This document shows positions 30,606 to 40,623 of a stretch of DNA of 64,000 bases, in pieces. Source of the stretch: Nannocystis bainbridge (GTDB taxonomy: Bacteria; Myxococcota_A; Polyangia; Nannocystales; Nannocystaceae); the NCBI RefSeq assembly GCF_028368995.1, contig NZ_JAQNDL010000003.1, forward strand, positions 1,344,001 to 1,408,000, given 5' to 3'. Below the pieces are notes generated by a model, which saw only the letters and a program-made list of their open reading frames with translations, did not search any database and was not told the DNA's origin. The position numbers were made by a program, and so were the translations under genes. Position 1 is the stretch's first letter, and each line of letters begins with the position of its first letter.

Positions 30606-32465
30606 ATGCAATCACGAACCTTCCTCAGTGCCACCCTCGCCACCCTGCTGCCCGCGATCGCGGCCTGTGACAGCGACGCCGCGACCGACACCGACGACGC
30701 GCTGCTCGCGGGCGAAGACACCACCGATACGGATGACGGCGCGGCGATCGAGCTCGACGCGCGCGACGTCCTCGCGGCCGACAGCGAGCCCGCGACCATC
30801 GTCGGCGGTCAGCCGGCCGCGGCCGGCGAATTCCCGTTCATGGCGACCATCGAGGTCGACACCCCCACCGGTCTCCGCATATGTGGCGGCACGCTCGTCG
30901 CGCCAGCGCGCATCCTGACGTCGGCGGCCTGCATCACCGATTACGGCGCGGTGGCGCTGCCGGGCCAGATGACCGTCGGCATCGGCGATATCGGCTTCAG
31001 CGTCACCGCCTCCGACGAGATCCGCAGCGTGTCGCAGGTCGTCGTCCACCCGAAGTACGTGCCTGCGCTCCCGCGCCACGACAATCCTTACGCCCTCGCC
31101 GTCCTGGTGTTGAGCTCGCCCTCGAGCTTCGCGCCGGTCGAGATCGCCAGCCCCTTCGGTCCGAGCGACCGCGCGAAGTGGTTGCCGGGCGCGCTCGTCA
31201 CGGCGCTCGGGTGGGGCGACCTCATCCCCGGCGGCCTCGGCTCGTTCAGCCTGCAGAAGATCCAGCTGCCGGTGTTGACCGACACCGACACCGGCGCCCA
31301 GTGGCTCGATGGCGACTACGACCCGGCGCTGCACGTCATGGCCGGCTCGCCTCCGGCTGGCGCGTGCGACGGCGACGAGGGCGGCCCGCTGCTCGTCCAG
31401 ACCGCCGCCGGCTGGAAGCAGATCGGCGTGCACCTCTACACCAGCGGCTGCGACCTGGACTATCAGCCCTACGACTTTGTCAGCCCGTCGCTGTTCAGCC
31501 GCATCGGCGCGCCGACCCTGCACCGCTGGCTCCGGACCGTCCTCCACGAGACCCCCGCGGTCGGCGACGTCGACGGCGACGGCAGGGCCGACATCGTCAC
31601 CTTCACCCACGGCGATTCGTCCTACGGGCCGCTCGACGTCTACGTCGCGCTGTCGAACGGCGCGACCTTCGGCACCGCGCAGAAGTGGCACGATTGGTGG
31701 GCCCACCGCGGCCACACGCCGATGCTCGGCGACTTCGACGGCGACGGCCGGGCCGACATCTGGGCCTTCACCGACAAGCAGGTGTGGGTCCGGCGCTCGC
31801 GCGGCTTCGACTTCAACGGCGGCGGCTACGAGACGCCGGTCGGTAGCACCACCGCCGTCAGCATCGGCGCCGTCGGCGACGTCAGCGGCGACGGTCGGGC
31901 CGACGCCGTCGTGTTCGCCAATGACGGCACCGGCGACGTCCACGTCATGCTCGCCACCACCTCGGGCTTCGGCGCGAAGACCAAATGGCACGACGCGTTC
32001 TCGTACGCCGGCGAGACGCCGATGCTCGCCGACATGAACGGCGACGGCCGGGCCGACCTCGTCAGCGCCACCCAGGGCATGAGCGGCCGCGAGCTCCGCG
32101 TCGCCCTCTCGACCGGCAGCAGCTTCGGCGCGCGCGCGACCTGGCGCATCAACCACATCCAGGCCAGCGAGGTCCCGGCTCTCGGCGACTTCAACGGCGA
32201 CGGCAAGCACGACGTCCTCCGCTTCATCGGCAACGGCGTCGTGTCGGCCGCCAACTCGACCGGCGCCGGCCTGTCCGCCGAGACGCTGCGGCGCCTCGAT
32301 TTCGGCGACTACGGCGACGTCCTGCGGATCGGCGACGTCGACGGCGACGGCAAGGACGACCTCCTCCGCTTCACCCAGGACGTCGCCGCCGACGTCTTCG
32401 TCGCGCGCTCGAACGGCACCATCTTCGACGCGCCCTACCTCGCCCACGGCTTCTTCTCGCCCTGA
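30606..32465 (+). CDS. Lipoprotein: S1 trypsin-fold domain (catalytic triad substituted) plus FG-GAP/VCBS repeats
   Basis: IAAC lipobox, IVGG, CGGTLV, LTSAAC, GDEGGP; multiple GD(V/F)(D/N)GDG(R/K).D repeats. Confidence 0.9.
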   Translation: MQSRTFLSATLATLLPAIAACDSDAATDTDDALLAGEDTTDTDDGAAIELDARDVLAADSEPATIVGGQPAAAGEFPFMATIEVDTPTGLRICGGTLVAPARILTSAACITDYGAVALPGQMTVGIGDIGFSVTASDEIRSVSQVVVHPKYVPALPRHDNPYALAVLVLSSPSSFAPVEIASPFGPSDRAKWLPGALVTALGWGDLIPGGLGSFSLQKIQLPVLTDTDTGAQWLDGDYDPALHVMAGSPPAGACDGDEGGPLLVQTAAGWKQIGVHLYTSGCDLDYQPYDFVSPSLFSRIGAPTLHRWLRTVLHETPAVGDVDGDGRADIVTFTHGDSSYGPLDVYVALSNGATFGTAQKWHDWWAHRGHTPMLGDFDGDGRADIWAFTDKQVWVRRSRGFDFNGGGYETPVGSTTAVSIGAVGDVSGDGRADAVVFANDGTGDVHVMLATTSGFGAKTKWHDAFSYAGETPMLADMNGDGRADLVSATQGMSGRELRVALSTGSSFGARATWRINHIQASEVPALGDFNGDGKHDVLRFIGNGVVSAANSTGAGLSAETLRRLDFGDYGDVLRIGDVDGDGKDDLLRFTQDVAADVFVARSNGTIFDAPYLAHGFFSP

Positions 32466-32602
32466 GCCGCGTCCGCTCGTCCGCGCCCGGTGAGCGGATC
32501 GTGAATACACGCGCCTGTCGACCGCGCAAGGACCGGCGGGCGCCGGCGCCGTAGAATCGCCATTCACCGCCGCGCGCTCGGGCGCGCAGAAAGACGCCCC
32601 TC

Positions 32603-33094
32603 ATGCAGCTCACCGTCCTGCTCGCCGCGCTGTGGCTCGCCCCGACCCTCCCGGGGTCGGCGAGATCGAAGACATGCTGGCCCGTCGCGGCCCCCGCCTC
32701 GCTGGAGGTCCCCGAGCTCGTGGCGATGGAGCGCCTCGACGACTGGAAGGCCGGGCCGCGCTGGCCGGAGGTGGCCGAGAGCGCGGTGGTCGTCACCCCG
32801 CACGCCGACGACCGCGGCCGGTTCATGGCCTTCCTCGTCGACGTCAAGGAGCGCAGGATCGTCGCCGTGCGCGACGGCGACACGCGCAAGCACCTCGCGC
32901 AGATCGGGCCGCCGGCGAACCATCGCGTCCCGGTCGACGTGTCCGACGAGATCTCCGGCGCGGTGATCATCGTCCGCCCGCCGAAGCCGCCGGGCCCGCG
33001 CGGGCTGCCGAAGGACCTGGTGGCGCGGATCGTCGAGGTCGGCGTCATGGCGGGCCGCGCCGAGCGCTGGATGGACCCGGGCTCGCGCGATTGA
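32603..33094 (+). CDS. Secreted hypothetical protein
   Basis: Signal-peptide-like N-terminus MQLTVLLAALWLA; GC3-biased ORF. Confidence 0.65.
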   Translation: MQLTVLLAALWLAPTLPGSARSKTCWPVAAPASLEVPELVAMERLDDWKAGPRWPEVAESAVVVTPHADDRGRFMAFLVDVKERRIVAVRDGDTRKHLAQIGPPANHRVPVDVSDEISGAVIIVRPPKPPGPRGLPKDLVARIVEVGVMAGRAERWMDPGSRD

Positions 33095-33235
33095 CCGGCC
33101 CCGCCAGCGACCGGCCCGATCCTCACATGTCCACAAAGACATGTCCCGCGGCCGCGGGCGACGACCGACCGCCGGGCCCGCGGGTCTCGCCGTACACCCC
33201 TCGCGCGGCGATCGTCACGCCGTCTGGCGCCGCCC

Positions 33236-34870
33236 TTAGAAGTGGAACGCTCCGCCGAAGTACACGTACCAGTCGTCCTTGACGAGCACGTTCGTCCGGT
33301 TCCTGAACACAGCGTCCTTGTTGGCCCCGTAGCGCCCCTCGGCGCGGAACGTGAGCTGCGGCAAGGGCAGATACTCGAGGGTCAGGGCGCCGCTGTGGCT
33401 CTGCCAGCCGTTCGGGGTGTTCGTCCTCAGCTCCGGGACGATGTCGGCCTTGTTGTAAAGGTACTCGTACCTCGCGGCGATGCCGACCTTCTCCGTGATC
33501 GCCAGCCGGGCGGAGAACGCCGGCGAGACGACGAATTCGTACCTCTCCTTCTCGTTGTTCTTCTGCATGACGAGGTCGAACATCGGGAAGATCAGCCAGC
33601 GCCTCCCGAGCCAGATCCGGTAATACAGGTTCTGGTAGTGCCTGAAGATCGGCGGCTCGCCCTGTCGGGCCTCGTTGCCCCAGTACATGGTCCAGTCGCC
33701 GACGATCTTGAAGGGCCTGAAGACGCTCCAGACGAAGCCGTACCCCTTCCTGCCGTTCGCGTCCCGCACCTCCTGCCACCCGTTCAGGACCATGAACCTC
33801 AAGGTCATGTCCTTGCGAAAGTGATAGTGGAGCCTGGCCCCCGCCTCGTAGTCGGGGGTGAAGTCGGCGATGTACGCGCGCGTGGCGTGGAGGTTCTCCT
33901 TGTTCAGGACGATCTCCGCGCCGTAGTACGAGGGGAAGATCCCGGCCTCGACCGCCAGCTTGGGGTGGAAGAAGTAGTAGATCGCCGCCTCGCGGATCAA
34001 CTGCAGCGATTTGGGCTCTTCGTTGTAGAGCGACTCGACGATGTGCCCGGCGTGCACGGCGAAGCGGAACCGGACCTTGTTCGGGACCTCGTACTGGCCC
34101 TGCACGAACCCGTACGCCAGCGCGAACTGGTTGGCGTAGAGCGGATAGCTCGTGTAGTCCCTCCTGCCGTAGTCCTCGACCTCTTGCTTGGTGATGTAAT
34201 CGTAGTACTGATGTCTCCCTTGCGGCCCGATGGCGTAGCCGAAGTCCCCGTACAGGTTCAGGGACAGGATGCCTCTGCCGATCTTGGTGCTGATCGGCGG
34301 CACGAGCGGAGCGCCGCGCGCCTCTTTGCACCGACGCAGCAGGCACGGGAAGGGCCCTCGCGCCGAAGCGGGCGCAGCCCAGGCCGAGGGAGCGCCCTCC
34401 ATGACCGCGCCCCGCGGTGACGGAGGGACAGCCCCCGGCGCCTGGGAAACCGGCCCCGGCGTCACCGGATCCGGAGAGACAGTCTCACCGGGTCCCGGAG
34501 ACTTCTTGGGCCGGATGACGCGCTTGAGCTCGGTGACTTCGGCCCGCAGGAGCTCCAGTTCGCGCCGCAGCGCTTCGGTCTCGCTTTCGGCCCGCGTGAC
34601 GGACGAGGCCGACGGATCGGGCACAGGGACCGAGTCCGGCACGGAGCTCGACGGGGGCGTGACCGTCGGCGCTGCGGGTGCGTCCGGCGAGGCCGAAGAC
34701 GAGGGTGTCGAGCTCTCGGGATCGGCGGCAGGCGGCGAAAATGCCGGCTGCCAGGCGCCGATGGGGCCGATGCCCACAATCACGAGGAACGCTGTAAGAG
34801 CCGTGAGCGGGGCGTTCAAGAGCAAGTCCTTGGGCCCGGCAGCATACCGGAAACCCAGGACACCTTTCAT
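33236..34870 (-). CDS. Outer-membrane beta-barrel protein (putative porin, BBP2/OmpL-like); start uncertain
   Basis: Aromatic-rich alternating strands, AGIFPSYYGAE, PDYEAGARL, LNGWQ, RAEGRY and C-terminal Phe; N-terminal P/S linker and coiled coil. Confidence 0.8.
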   Translation of the reverse strand: MKGVLGFRYAAGPKDLLLNAPLTALTAFLVIVGIGPIGAWQPAFSPPAADPESSTPSSSASPDAPAAPTVTPPSSSVPDSVPVPDPSASSVTRAESETEALRRELELLRAEVTELKRVIRPKKSPGPGETVSPDPVTPGPVSQAPGAVPPSPRGAVMEGAPSAWAAPASARGPFPCLLRRCKEARGAPLVPPISTKIGRGILSLNLYGDFGYAIGPQGRHQYYDYITKQEVEDYGRRDYTSYPLYANQFALAYGFVQGQYEVPNKVRFRFAVHAGHIVESLYNEEPKSLQLIREAAIYYFFHPKLAVEAGIFPSYYGAEIVLNKENLHATRAYIADFTPDYEAGARLHYHFRKDMTLRFMVLNGWQEVRDANGRKGYGFVWSVFRPFKIVGDWTMYWGNEARQGEPPIFRHYQNLYYRIWLGRRWLIFPMFDLVMQKNNEKERYEFVVSPAFSARLAITEKVGIAARYEYLYNKADIVPELRTNTPNGWQSHSGALTLEYLPLPQLTFRAEGRYGANKDAVFRNRTNVLVKDDWYVYFGGAFHF

Positions 34871-35063
34871 GTGAGAAAGGCTGCACCAGGAGCGATCGCG
34901 CCCGCCCGTCACCCGCCAGGGACTTCGCTGTCGGAGCTGCTGACGCGGTGTCGGCTGGCGACCGTGCGCGAGGGACGAGGAGCGAAGCGGCCGACCTGCC
35001 CGCGCGAGAGATCGCGGACCTCGACGTGAACGAGTGGCCCGGCGTCGGGCGCCGCGCCGCGCC

Positions 35064-35645
35064 TCAGTGCGCCGGGATGGTCTGGCCGCCGCGCCACACG
35101 CCGCCGGCCCGCCCGATCCGGCGCACCCGGAACGCCAGGAAGATCAGCGAGAAGCCGACCAGCAGCGCCCACACCCCGATGTACAGCATCAACGCCAGCG
35201 CCCCGGCCCCCGGCATCGTCATCATCAGCCCGCCGAACAGCACCCCTGCGAGGCCGCTGAGCGCCAGCCACCATTCGCCCTCGATCTCCTTGCGCAGGCG
35301 GATCGCCATGACGATGCGCAGCACCCCGGTGATGATTGCGTACGCGGCGATGTACATCAGCAGCACCAGCGCCGTGATGCCGGGCACGCGCAGCGCCAGC
35401 AGCCCGAACGCCACCCCGCACAGGCCCTCGAGCAGCATCAGCCACCAGTGCTCGTTCTCCTTGCGGCCGGCGAACGACCCGCCGATCAGGAACACCCCGT
35501 CGACCAGCACGAACACCCCGAACCACACCGTCAATGCCGCCAGCGACAGGCCGGGCGCGACCAGAGACAGGGCGCCGAACAGCAGCGCCACGAGGCCGCG
35601 CAGCAGCAGCGACCACCACGCCGTCGAGAGCGATTCACAGAGCAT
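35064..35645 (-). CDS. HdeD/DUF308 family membrane protein
   Basis: WWSLLLRGLVALLFG...LRKEIEGEWWLALSG. Confidence 0.9.
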   Translation of the reverse strand: MLCESLSTAWWSLLLRGLVALLFGALSLVAPGLSLAALTVWFGVFVLVDGVFLIGGSFAGRKENEHWWLMLLEGLCGVAFGLLALRVPGITALVLLMYIAAYAIITGVLRIVMAIRLRKEIEGEWWLALSGLAGVLFGGLMMTMPGAGALALMLYIGVWALLVGFSLIFLAFRVRRIGRAGGVWRGGQTIPAH

Positions 35646-35854
35646 GAGACCCCTTCTTTCAGCCCTCAACGTGACGCACTCTCGCACCCCGTCCAGCAGC
35701 CCCAGCGACGATTCGCCTCCGCGCCCGCCGCGCCTGCCGGCCGCCCTCGTCCGTTTTTGCATTCCTTGTGTTTCGAGGTGGAATCAGCGGACTCGACCGC
35801 CGCACCGGCGGCGAATCCTGCCACGAATCACCCTCGACGCGTTCGCTGCCGCAA

Positions 35855-37666
35855 TCACTGCGGATTGATCACCTCGAGCCGCGTCCCGCCCGGGTACGCG
35901 TACGAAGTCACGTCCGTATACCCGTAGTTGACGATCCCGAACGGCTCCGCGCTCGCGGCCAGGTGGCCGCCCTCCGCGATCGGCCAGTCGGCCACCTCGT
36001 AGCCGCCGACCGCGTAATAACCACCCACCGCCACCCCGTCGACTTGCACCTCCGCCCCGCCCTTGATCCGGACGATCTGTGCGAAGTGTTGTGAATACCC
36101 GGTGCCGGTGGCGAACGCGTAGCGGTCGAGGAATTGCTCGACCGGGATCGCCTGCACCATCGCCGGATCTCCCGTCCCGCCGCCGCCGTCCTGGCTCTCG
36201 AGGTATTGCACGGGCAAGAACGGCTTGTCGCCCGCGAACACGAAGCTCGTCCCGGTGTTCACCACCAGCTCTTGCCATTCGCCGCGGTTCAGCTGCAGCG
36301 GCGTGCCCGGCAGCGGCGGCACCGTCGACACCGTCGTCCCGTCCTCGCCGCCGAACACCCGCCAGTAGTGCTTCTCCTTGTGGCGCGCCGGCGCGTGGGC
36401 GCCGACGTACTCACGACCCCAGTAGGCCAGCGGCAGCATCTGCTCCTCCACGTGATCGCAGTACGACACGTTGCTGCTCGGCACGTTGACGCACTCGACC
36501 GCCCCGACCACCCAGATCGGTCGGTCGGCGCTCACGATCGTGCCCGAAAGGTCGCCGCTCGGCCCCGGCGCGATCACCTGCAGCGTATCGAAGCGGTTCA
36601 TCACCACCTCCCCCGTCTGGCCCGCGAACACCTGCGGCACCCCCTTGCCCGCGCTCGTCGTGATCGGCGGCGTCCAGCGCACCGTCGTCTCCTCGGCGAT
36701 CGCGATCACCGTGAAGTAGCTCGGCGACTCCTCCTGCGTCTGCCGGTACGACGCCACCACGTAGCTCGCCTGCAGCGCGTGCTCGGGGAACAGCATCGAC
36801 GCGTCATTGGTCGCCTGGGCCCCGATCGGCGAGTGCTGGTACGCCACCACCGGCACGTCGCTGTCGACCCGATAGGCCCCGCCGACCCGCAGCGCCGACA
36901 CCTTGTCGATCGGCGGGTTCGTCAGCGTGAACGTGTGCGTCTCGCCCGGCCCGATCTTCACCGCCGGGCCCTGCGGCGCCTCCACGTTCTGCCCGGTCGG
37001 CGCCAGGTACAGCTGCACCGTCGCCGTCTTGCTCGCGTGCGTATTGCCGATCACCAGCGAATCGTTCTCCTCCGCATAATAGTTGTCCATGCGGCTGGCG
37101 AAGAACGAGCAGCCCACGGTGCTCGGCGTCGACTCGGCCAGGTCGCACAGCGAGAAGCACTTGCTGCCCGCGCACGCCTCCGCCGGCCCGCACGCGACCG
37201 GCGGCCCGTAGCCGCTGCCCTCACCGTTGCATTGCGCATAGTGATCGTCGTCGACGCACTTCGAGCTGTTCGGCGGGCAATCGCCGGCCTCGCACGACCC
37301 GTGCGCGCACGCCTGGTCGCGTCCGCACGGCTGCGGCGCGAACGCCGAACAATCGGCCTGGCACACCAGGATCTGCGCGCCCTCGCATTCGCCGAGGTCG
37401 CCCGGCGCGCAGCTGCACACCGCCTCGCCCGTCGAAGTCGAAGTCGTCGAGCTCGTCGAATTCGTCGAGCTGCCCTCGCTGCCCGGCTCGGCTGTCGTCG
37501 TCGGCGGCGCCGCCTCGCTCGTCTCGCCCGTCATCGGCCCCGGCGCCGCCGTCGTCCCCGTCGTGCTGCCCGTCGGCGCCGATGCGCTCGTCGCCGCCGG
37601 CGTATCGTTGCAGGCGGCGAGCAGGCACAGGAGCCATGGACCGGCGAAGCGCGGGCAACGTGACAT
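35855..37666 (-). CDS. Lipoprotein with IgGFc-binding-protein N-terminal-type domain
   Basis: LLAAC lipobox, Thr linker, Cys repeats, SDVPVVAYQ..P, NDASMLFP, CDHVEEQMLP...WG..Y, SYAYPGG. Confidence 0.88.
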   Translation of the reverse strand: MSRCPRFAGPWLLCLLAACNDTPAATSASAPTGSTTGTTAAPGPMTGETSEAAPPTTTAEPGSEGSSTNSTSSTTSTSTGEAVCSCAPGDLGECEGAQILVCQADCSAFAPQPCGRDQACAHGSCEAGDCPPNSSKCVDDDHYAQCNGEGSGYGPPVACGPAEACAGSKCFSLCDLAESTPSTVGCSFFASRMDNYYAEENDSLVIGNTHASKTATVQLYLAPTGQNVEAPQGPAVKIGPGETHTFTLTNPPIDKVSALRVGGAYRVDSDVPVVAYQHSPIGAQATNDASMLFPEHALQASYVVASYRQTQEESPSYFTVIAIAEETTVRWTPPITTSAGKGVPQVFAGQTGEVVMNRFDTLQVIAPGPSGDLSGTIVSADRPIWVVGAVECVNVPSSNVSYCDHVEEQMLPLAYWGREYVGAHAPARHKEKHYWRVFGGEDGTTVSTVPPLPGTPLQLNRGEWQELVVNTGTSFVFAGDKPFLPVQYLESQDGGGGTGDPAMVQAIPVEQFLDRYAFATGTGYSQHFAQIVRIKGGAEVQVDGVAVGGYYAVGGYEVADWPIAEGGHLAASAEPFGIVNYGYTDVTSYAYPGGTRLEVINPQ

Positions 37667-37816
37667 GCGCCGACGTTGGCCAAAACTGCATGGCGATGCA
37701 ACTCGGGCCGCGCCCTGCGGCCGGCGAACTCTGTTTCCCGGCCCCGCGCGCGCAGGTGCGCCTCGCTCACACCCCGCCTCGCCGGGGCCCGATCCCCGAC
37801 CCACCTGTCCCGAAAG

Positions 37817-38467
37817 TCAGGCGTTCGCGACGGACGGCTCGATCTTCAGCGACGCCCCCGTGGCGGCCACGATCGCCTCGACTGTCACGCCTGGCGCCCG
37901 CTCGACCAGGCGGAAGCCGCCCTCCTCGACCGCGATCACCCCGAAGTCCGTGATCACCAGGTTGACGCAGCGCATCGCCGTCAGCGGCAGCGAGCAGCGG
38001 CGGACCAGCTTGGCCCCCCCGTCGCGGTCGGTGTGGGTCATCACCGCGATCACCTTGCGCGCCCCCGTGGCCAGGTCCATCGCCCCCCCGATCCCCGCCA
38101 CCTTTTGCCCCGGCACCATCCAGTTGGCCAGGTCGCCCGTCTCTGCCACCTGCATCGCCCCCAGCACCGCCACATCGACGTGGCCGCCGCGGATCATCGC
38201 AAAGCTCAGCGCCGAATCGAACGTCGACCCGCCGGGCACGATCGTCACCGTCTGTTTGCCGGCGTTGATCACCTGCGCATCGACCTCGTCGTCGTACGGG
38301 AACGGCCCCATCCCCAGCAGCCCGTTCTCCGAGTGCAGCAAGATCCCCGAATCGGGCGGCAAGTAGTTCGGGATCAGCGTCGGGATCCCGATCCCCAGGT
38401 TGACCACGCTGCCCGGGCTCAGCTCCCGGGCCGCTCGCGCGGCCATGTCTTCGCGGCTCCACGGCAT
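37817..38467 (-). CDS. scoB: 3-oxoacid CoA-transferase subunit B, second copy with no adjacent A subunit
   Basis: [40 protein letters not shown]. Confidence 0.9.
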   Translation of the reverse strand: MPWSREDMAARAARELSPGSVVNLGIGIPTLIPNYLPPDSGILLHSENGLLGMGPFPYDDEVDAQVINAGKQTVTIVPGGSTFDSALSFAMIRGGHVDVAVLGAMQVAETGDLANWMVPGQKVAGIGGAMDLATGARKVIAVMTHTDRDGGAKLVRRCSLPLTAMRCVNLVITDFGVIAVEEGGFRLVERAPGVTVEAIVAATGASLKIEPSVANA

Positions 38468-38598
38468 GGCCGGCGGATTTTGGCTGGCGCCGCGCCGCGA
38501 GGCAACGCGAAATCGGTGCGTTTCCGCGCTCCAGGGCCATCCTTCGGCAACCGCGCCACATTGCCGGCGCCTGTCGTTTGCGGGCACCCTTCGCGGGC

Positions 38599-40014
38599 AT
38601 GCGCGTCGTATTCCTCGCGCTCGCCGCCCTCCTCGCGTGCGCGCGCCTCGGCGGGTCGCGCGACGGCGACGACGAGCGCGAGGTCCGCGTCGCCGCCGAA
38701 CCGCTGACCGCCGAGCAGCAGACTCGCCTCACCGACCACGCCCGCGCCGGCGGCCTGCTCTGGTGGCGCCTGCCCGGCGACGCCGGCCCGCGCTGCGAAC
38801 CGTGGCGCCTCGTGCCCGACCCCGGCGATCTCACCCACGGCCACCTGCTCCTGACCGACCCCCCGCCTGTCCCGACGGACAGCCCGCCGGACCCGCGCCC
38901 GCCCGCCGACCCCGACCCGTCCTCTGCCCCCGAGGACAGCCAGGCCCACCAATCACATGTCCCGAAGGACAGCCGCACCGACCCGTCCTCTGCCCCCGAG
39001 GACAGCCAGGCCCACCAATCACATGTCCCGAAGGACAGCCGCACCGGCTCATCCTCCGTCCTCGAGGCTAGCCCCCCGCTTCCCCCGCCCCTCGCCTCGC
39101 CGGGTCCTCCGATCCCCGTGACCCTCCTCGCCGCGCCGGCCCCGACCGCTCGGCTCGCCTGGCCTCGCTTCCCACCTGTCCCCGAGGCCAGCCCCGCTCC
39201 CGCCTCCCCACCTGCACCGAGCGACATGTCCTCCGGGACACTCACCATCCAGCTCGACTACAGCCTCGCCGAGGGCCACCTCACCCTCACCGCCCCCGAG
39301 CACGAGCGCCTGGTCCCTGCCCCCGAGGGCACCAAAAAATCGGAGGAGCGCGCCCTCACCTGCGTCTTCACCGGCATCGCGCTCGGCGGCCCTGCCGGCG
39401 GCCCGCGGCGGCTCATCCTCGCCGCGCGCGAGCGCTTCTTCTTCACCCGGGACGCCTGCGATGCGGCCGGCTTCGCCGACGATCCGCCCGGGCCCGACGA
39501 GCTGCGCGTGCTCGGCTGCGCCGGCGCCCTCGCCGATCCGGCCACCCGCGCCCGCCTCGAGCGGCCGCCCCCGCGCGACGCCCCCGACGCCGCCGCCCGG
39601 CTCCACCGCGCCCGCGCCGTCCACCACCTCCGCCGCGGCAGCGACGGCGCGCTCGTGTGCGACGTCTGGCGCAACCGGCCCGAGCGGGCTCGCGGGCATG
39701 GCCGCCTCGAGCACCGCGGCCGCGACGACGACGGCCGGTTCGTCCGCACCTACGCCTACGACGTCGGCCCCGGCTACCTCACCCTCCAGGGCCCCGCCGA
39801 GTTCCGCCGTATCGACCTCGCGGGCCAGCGCACCGACATCGTGCGCGCCAGCAGCTGCCTCGTCACCCGCGGCGTCGCGGCCGTCGGCCCCACGGCGATC
39901 GACCTCGGCGGCGAGCGCTGGTACCTGTCCCGAAGTGCATGCGACGCCGCCCGCCTCGCCGGCGCCCCCGCCCCCGTCGGCCCTGTCCCCCTGCTGGTCG
40001 CCGGCTGCGAGTGA
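38599..40014 (+). CDS. Secreted/lipoprotein hypothetical with Pro-rich repeat-derived insert
   Basis: MRVVFLALAALLAC; two similar halves (C..W...Y....G.LTL..P...C.....ERW/F...R.ACDAA). Confidence 0.75.
   Translation: MRVVFLALAALLACARLGGSRDGDDEREVRVAAEPLTAEQQTRLTDHARAGGLLWWRLPGDAGPRCEPWRLVPDPGDLTHGHLLLTDPPPVPTDSPPDPRPPADPDPSSAPEDSQAHQSHVPKDSRTDPSSAPEDSQAHQSHVPKDSRTGSSSVLEASPPLPPPLASPGPPIPVTLLAAPAPTARLAWPRFPPVPEASPAPASPPAPSDMSSGTLTIQLDYSLAEGHLTLTAPEHERLVPAPEGTKKSEERALTCVFTGIALGGPAGGPRRLILAARERFFFTRDACDAAGFADDPPGPDELRVLGCAGALADPATRARLERPPPRDAPDAAARLHRARAVHHLRRGSDGALVCDVWRNRPERARGHGRLEHRGRDDDGRFVRTYAYDVGPGYLTLQGPAEFRRIDLAGQRTDIVRASSCLVTRGVAAVGPTAIDLGGERWYLSRSACDAARLAGAPAPVGPVPLLVAGCE
38914..39045 (+). 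repeat. Exact in-frame 66-bp tandem duplication carrying TGTCC-CGAA-GGACA
   Basis: GACCCGTCCTCTGCC...GCCGCACC at 38914 and 38980, encoding DPSSAPEDSQAHQSHVPKDSRT twice. Confidence 0.92.
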
Positions 40015-40623
40015 GCGCCATCGCCGGTCCCGAAGTCCGCGCCCCCACCCTGCGCGCGCTCCTTCAAAGCACCCGCCCCTGCGAGGCCCCGCGACGCACG
40101 TGACCCCGCCCGCATCACCCCGGCCGCGCCCGCGAACGCCCCGATATCGGCCCGATCGCCGCCGCCACAATTTTGCGTGACCCTCCCCGCAACCGCTGCG
40201 CTCCCGTGCGCTCGCTGCAGGTTCCGCGCCTCGACCCGCGCCGCGCATCACCTGTCCCGAAGTACATGTGCGCCGCCTCGCAGCCCCCGCGCGCCCGTGC
40301 CCTCCCGACCGCCCGCCGCCGGGTTCAGCGGCGCCGCGAACTACAATTCACCTGTCCCAAAGTTTATGTGACCCGCTTCGCAGCGCCCGCGCTCCTGCGC
40401 CCGCCTCACGCGCTTGCGAGGGCGAACGAGCGCCGCGCGACCTGGCGGCGCCGGCGCGCGTCCGGCCCGGACACTCGTTCGGGCACCCCCTTCGACTTGA
40501 TGATTTTTTGGTGCGCCGGATCGCGGAGGCTCGCCAGGCCCGCTGCGCCGCGGTCGCGCCGCGCCGGCCCTCGCCGCCACATCCTCGGCCTACAGCTCGC
40601 CTGTCCTCGAGGCCAGCTGCACC

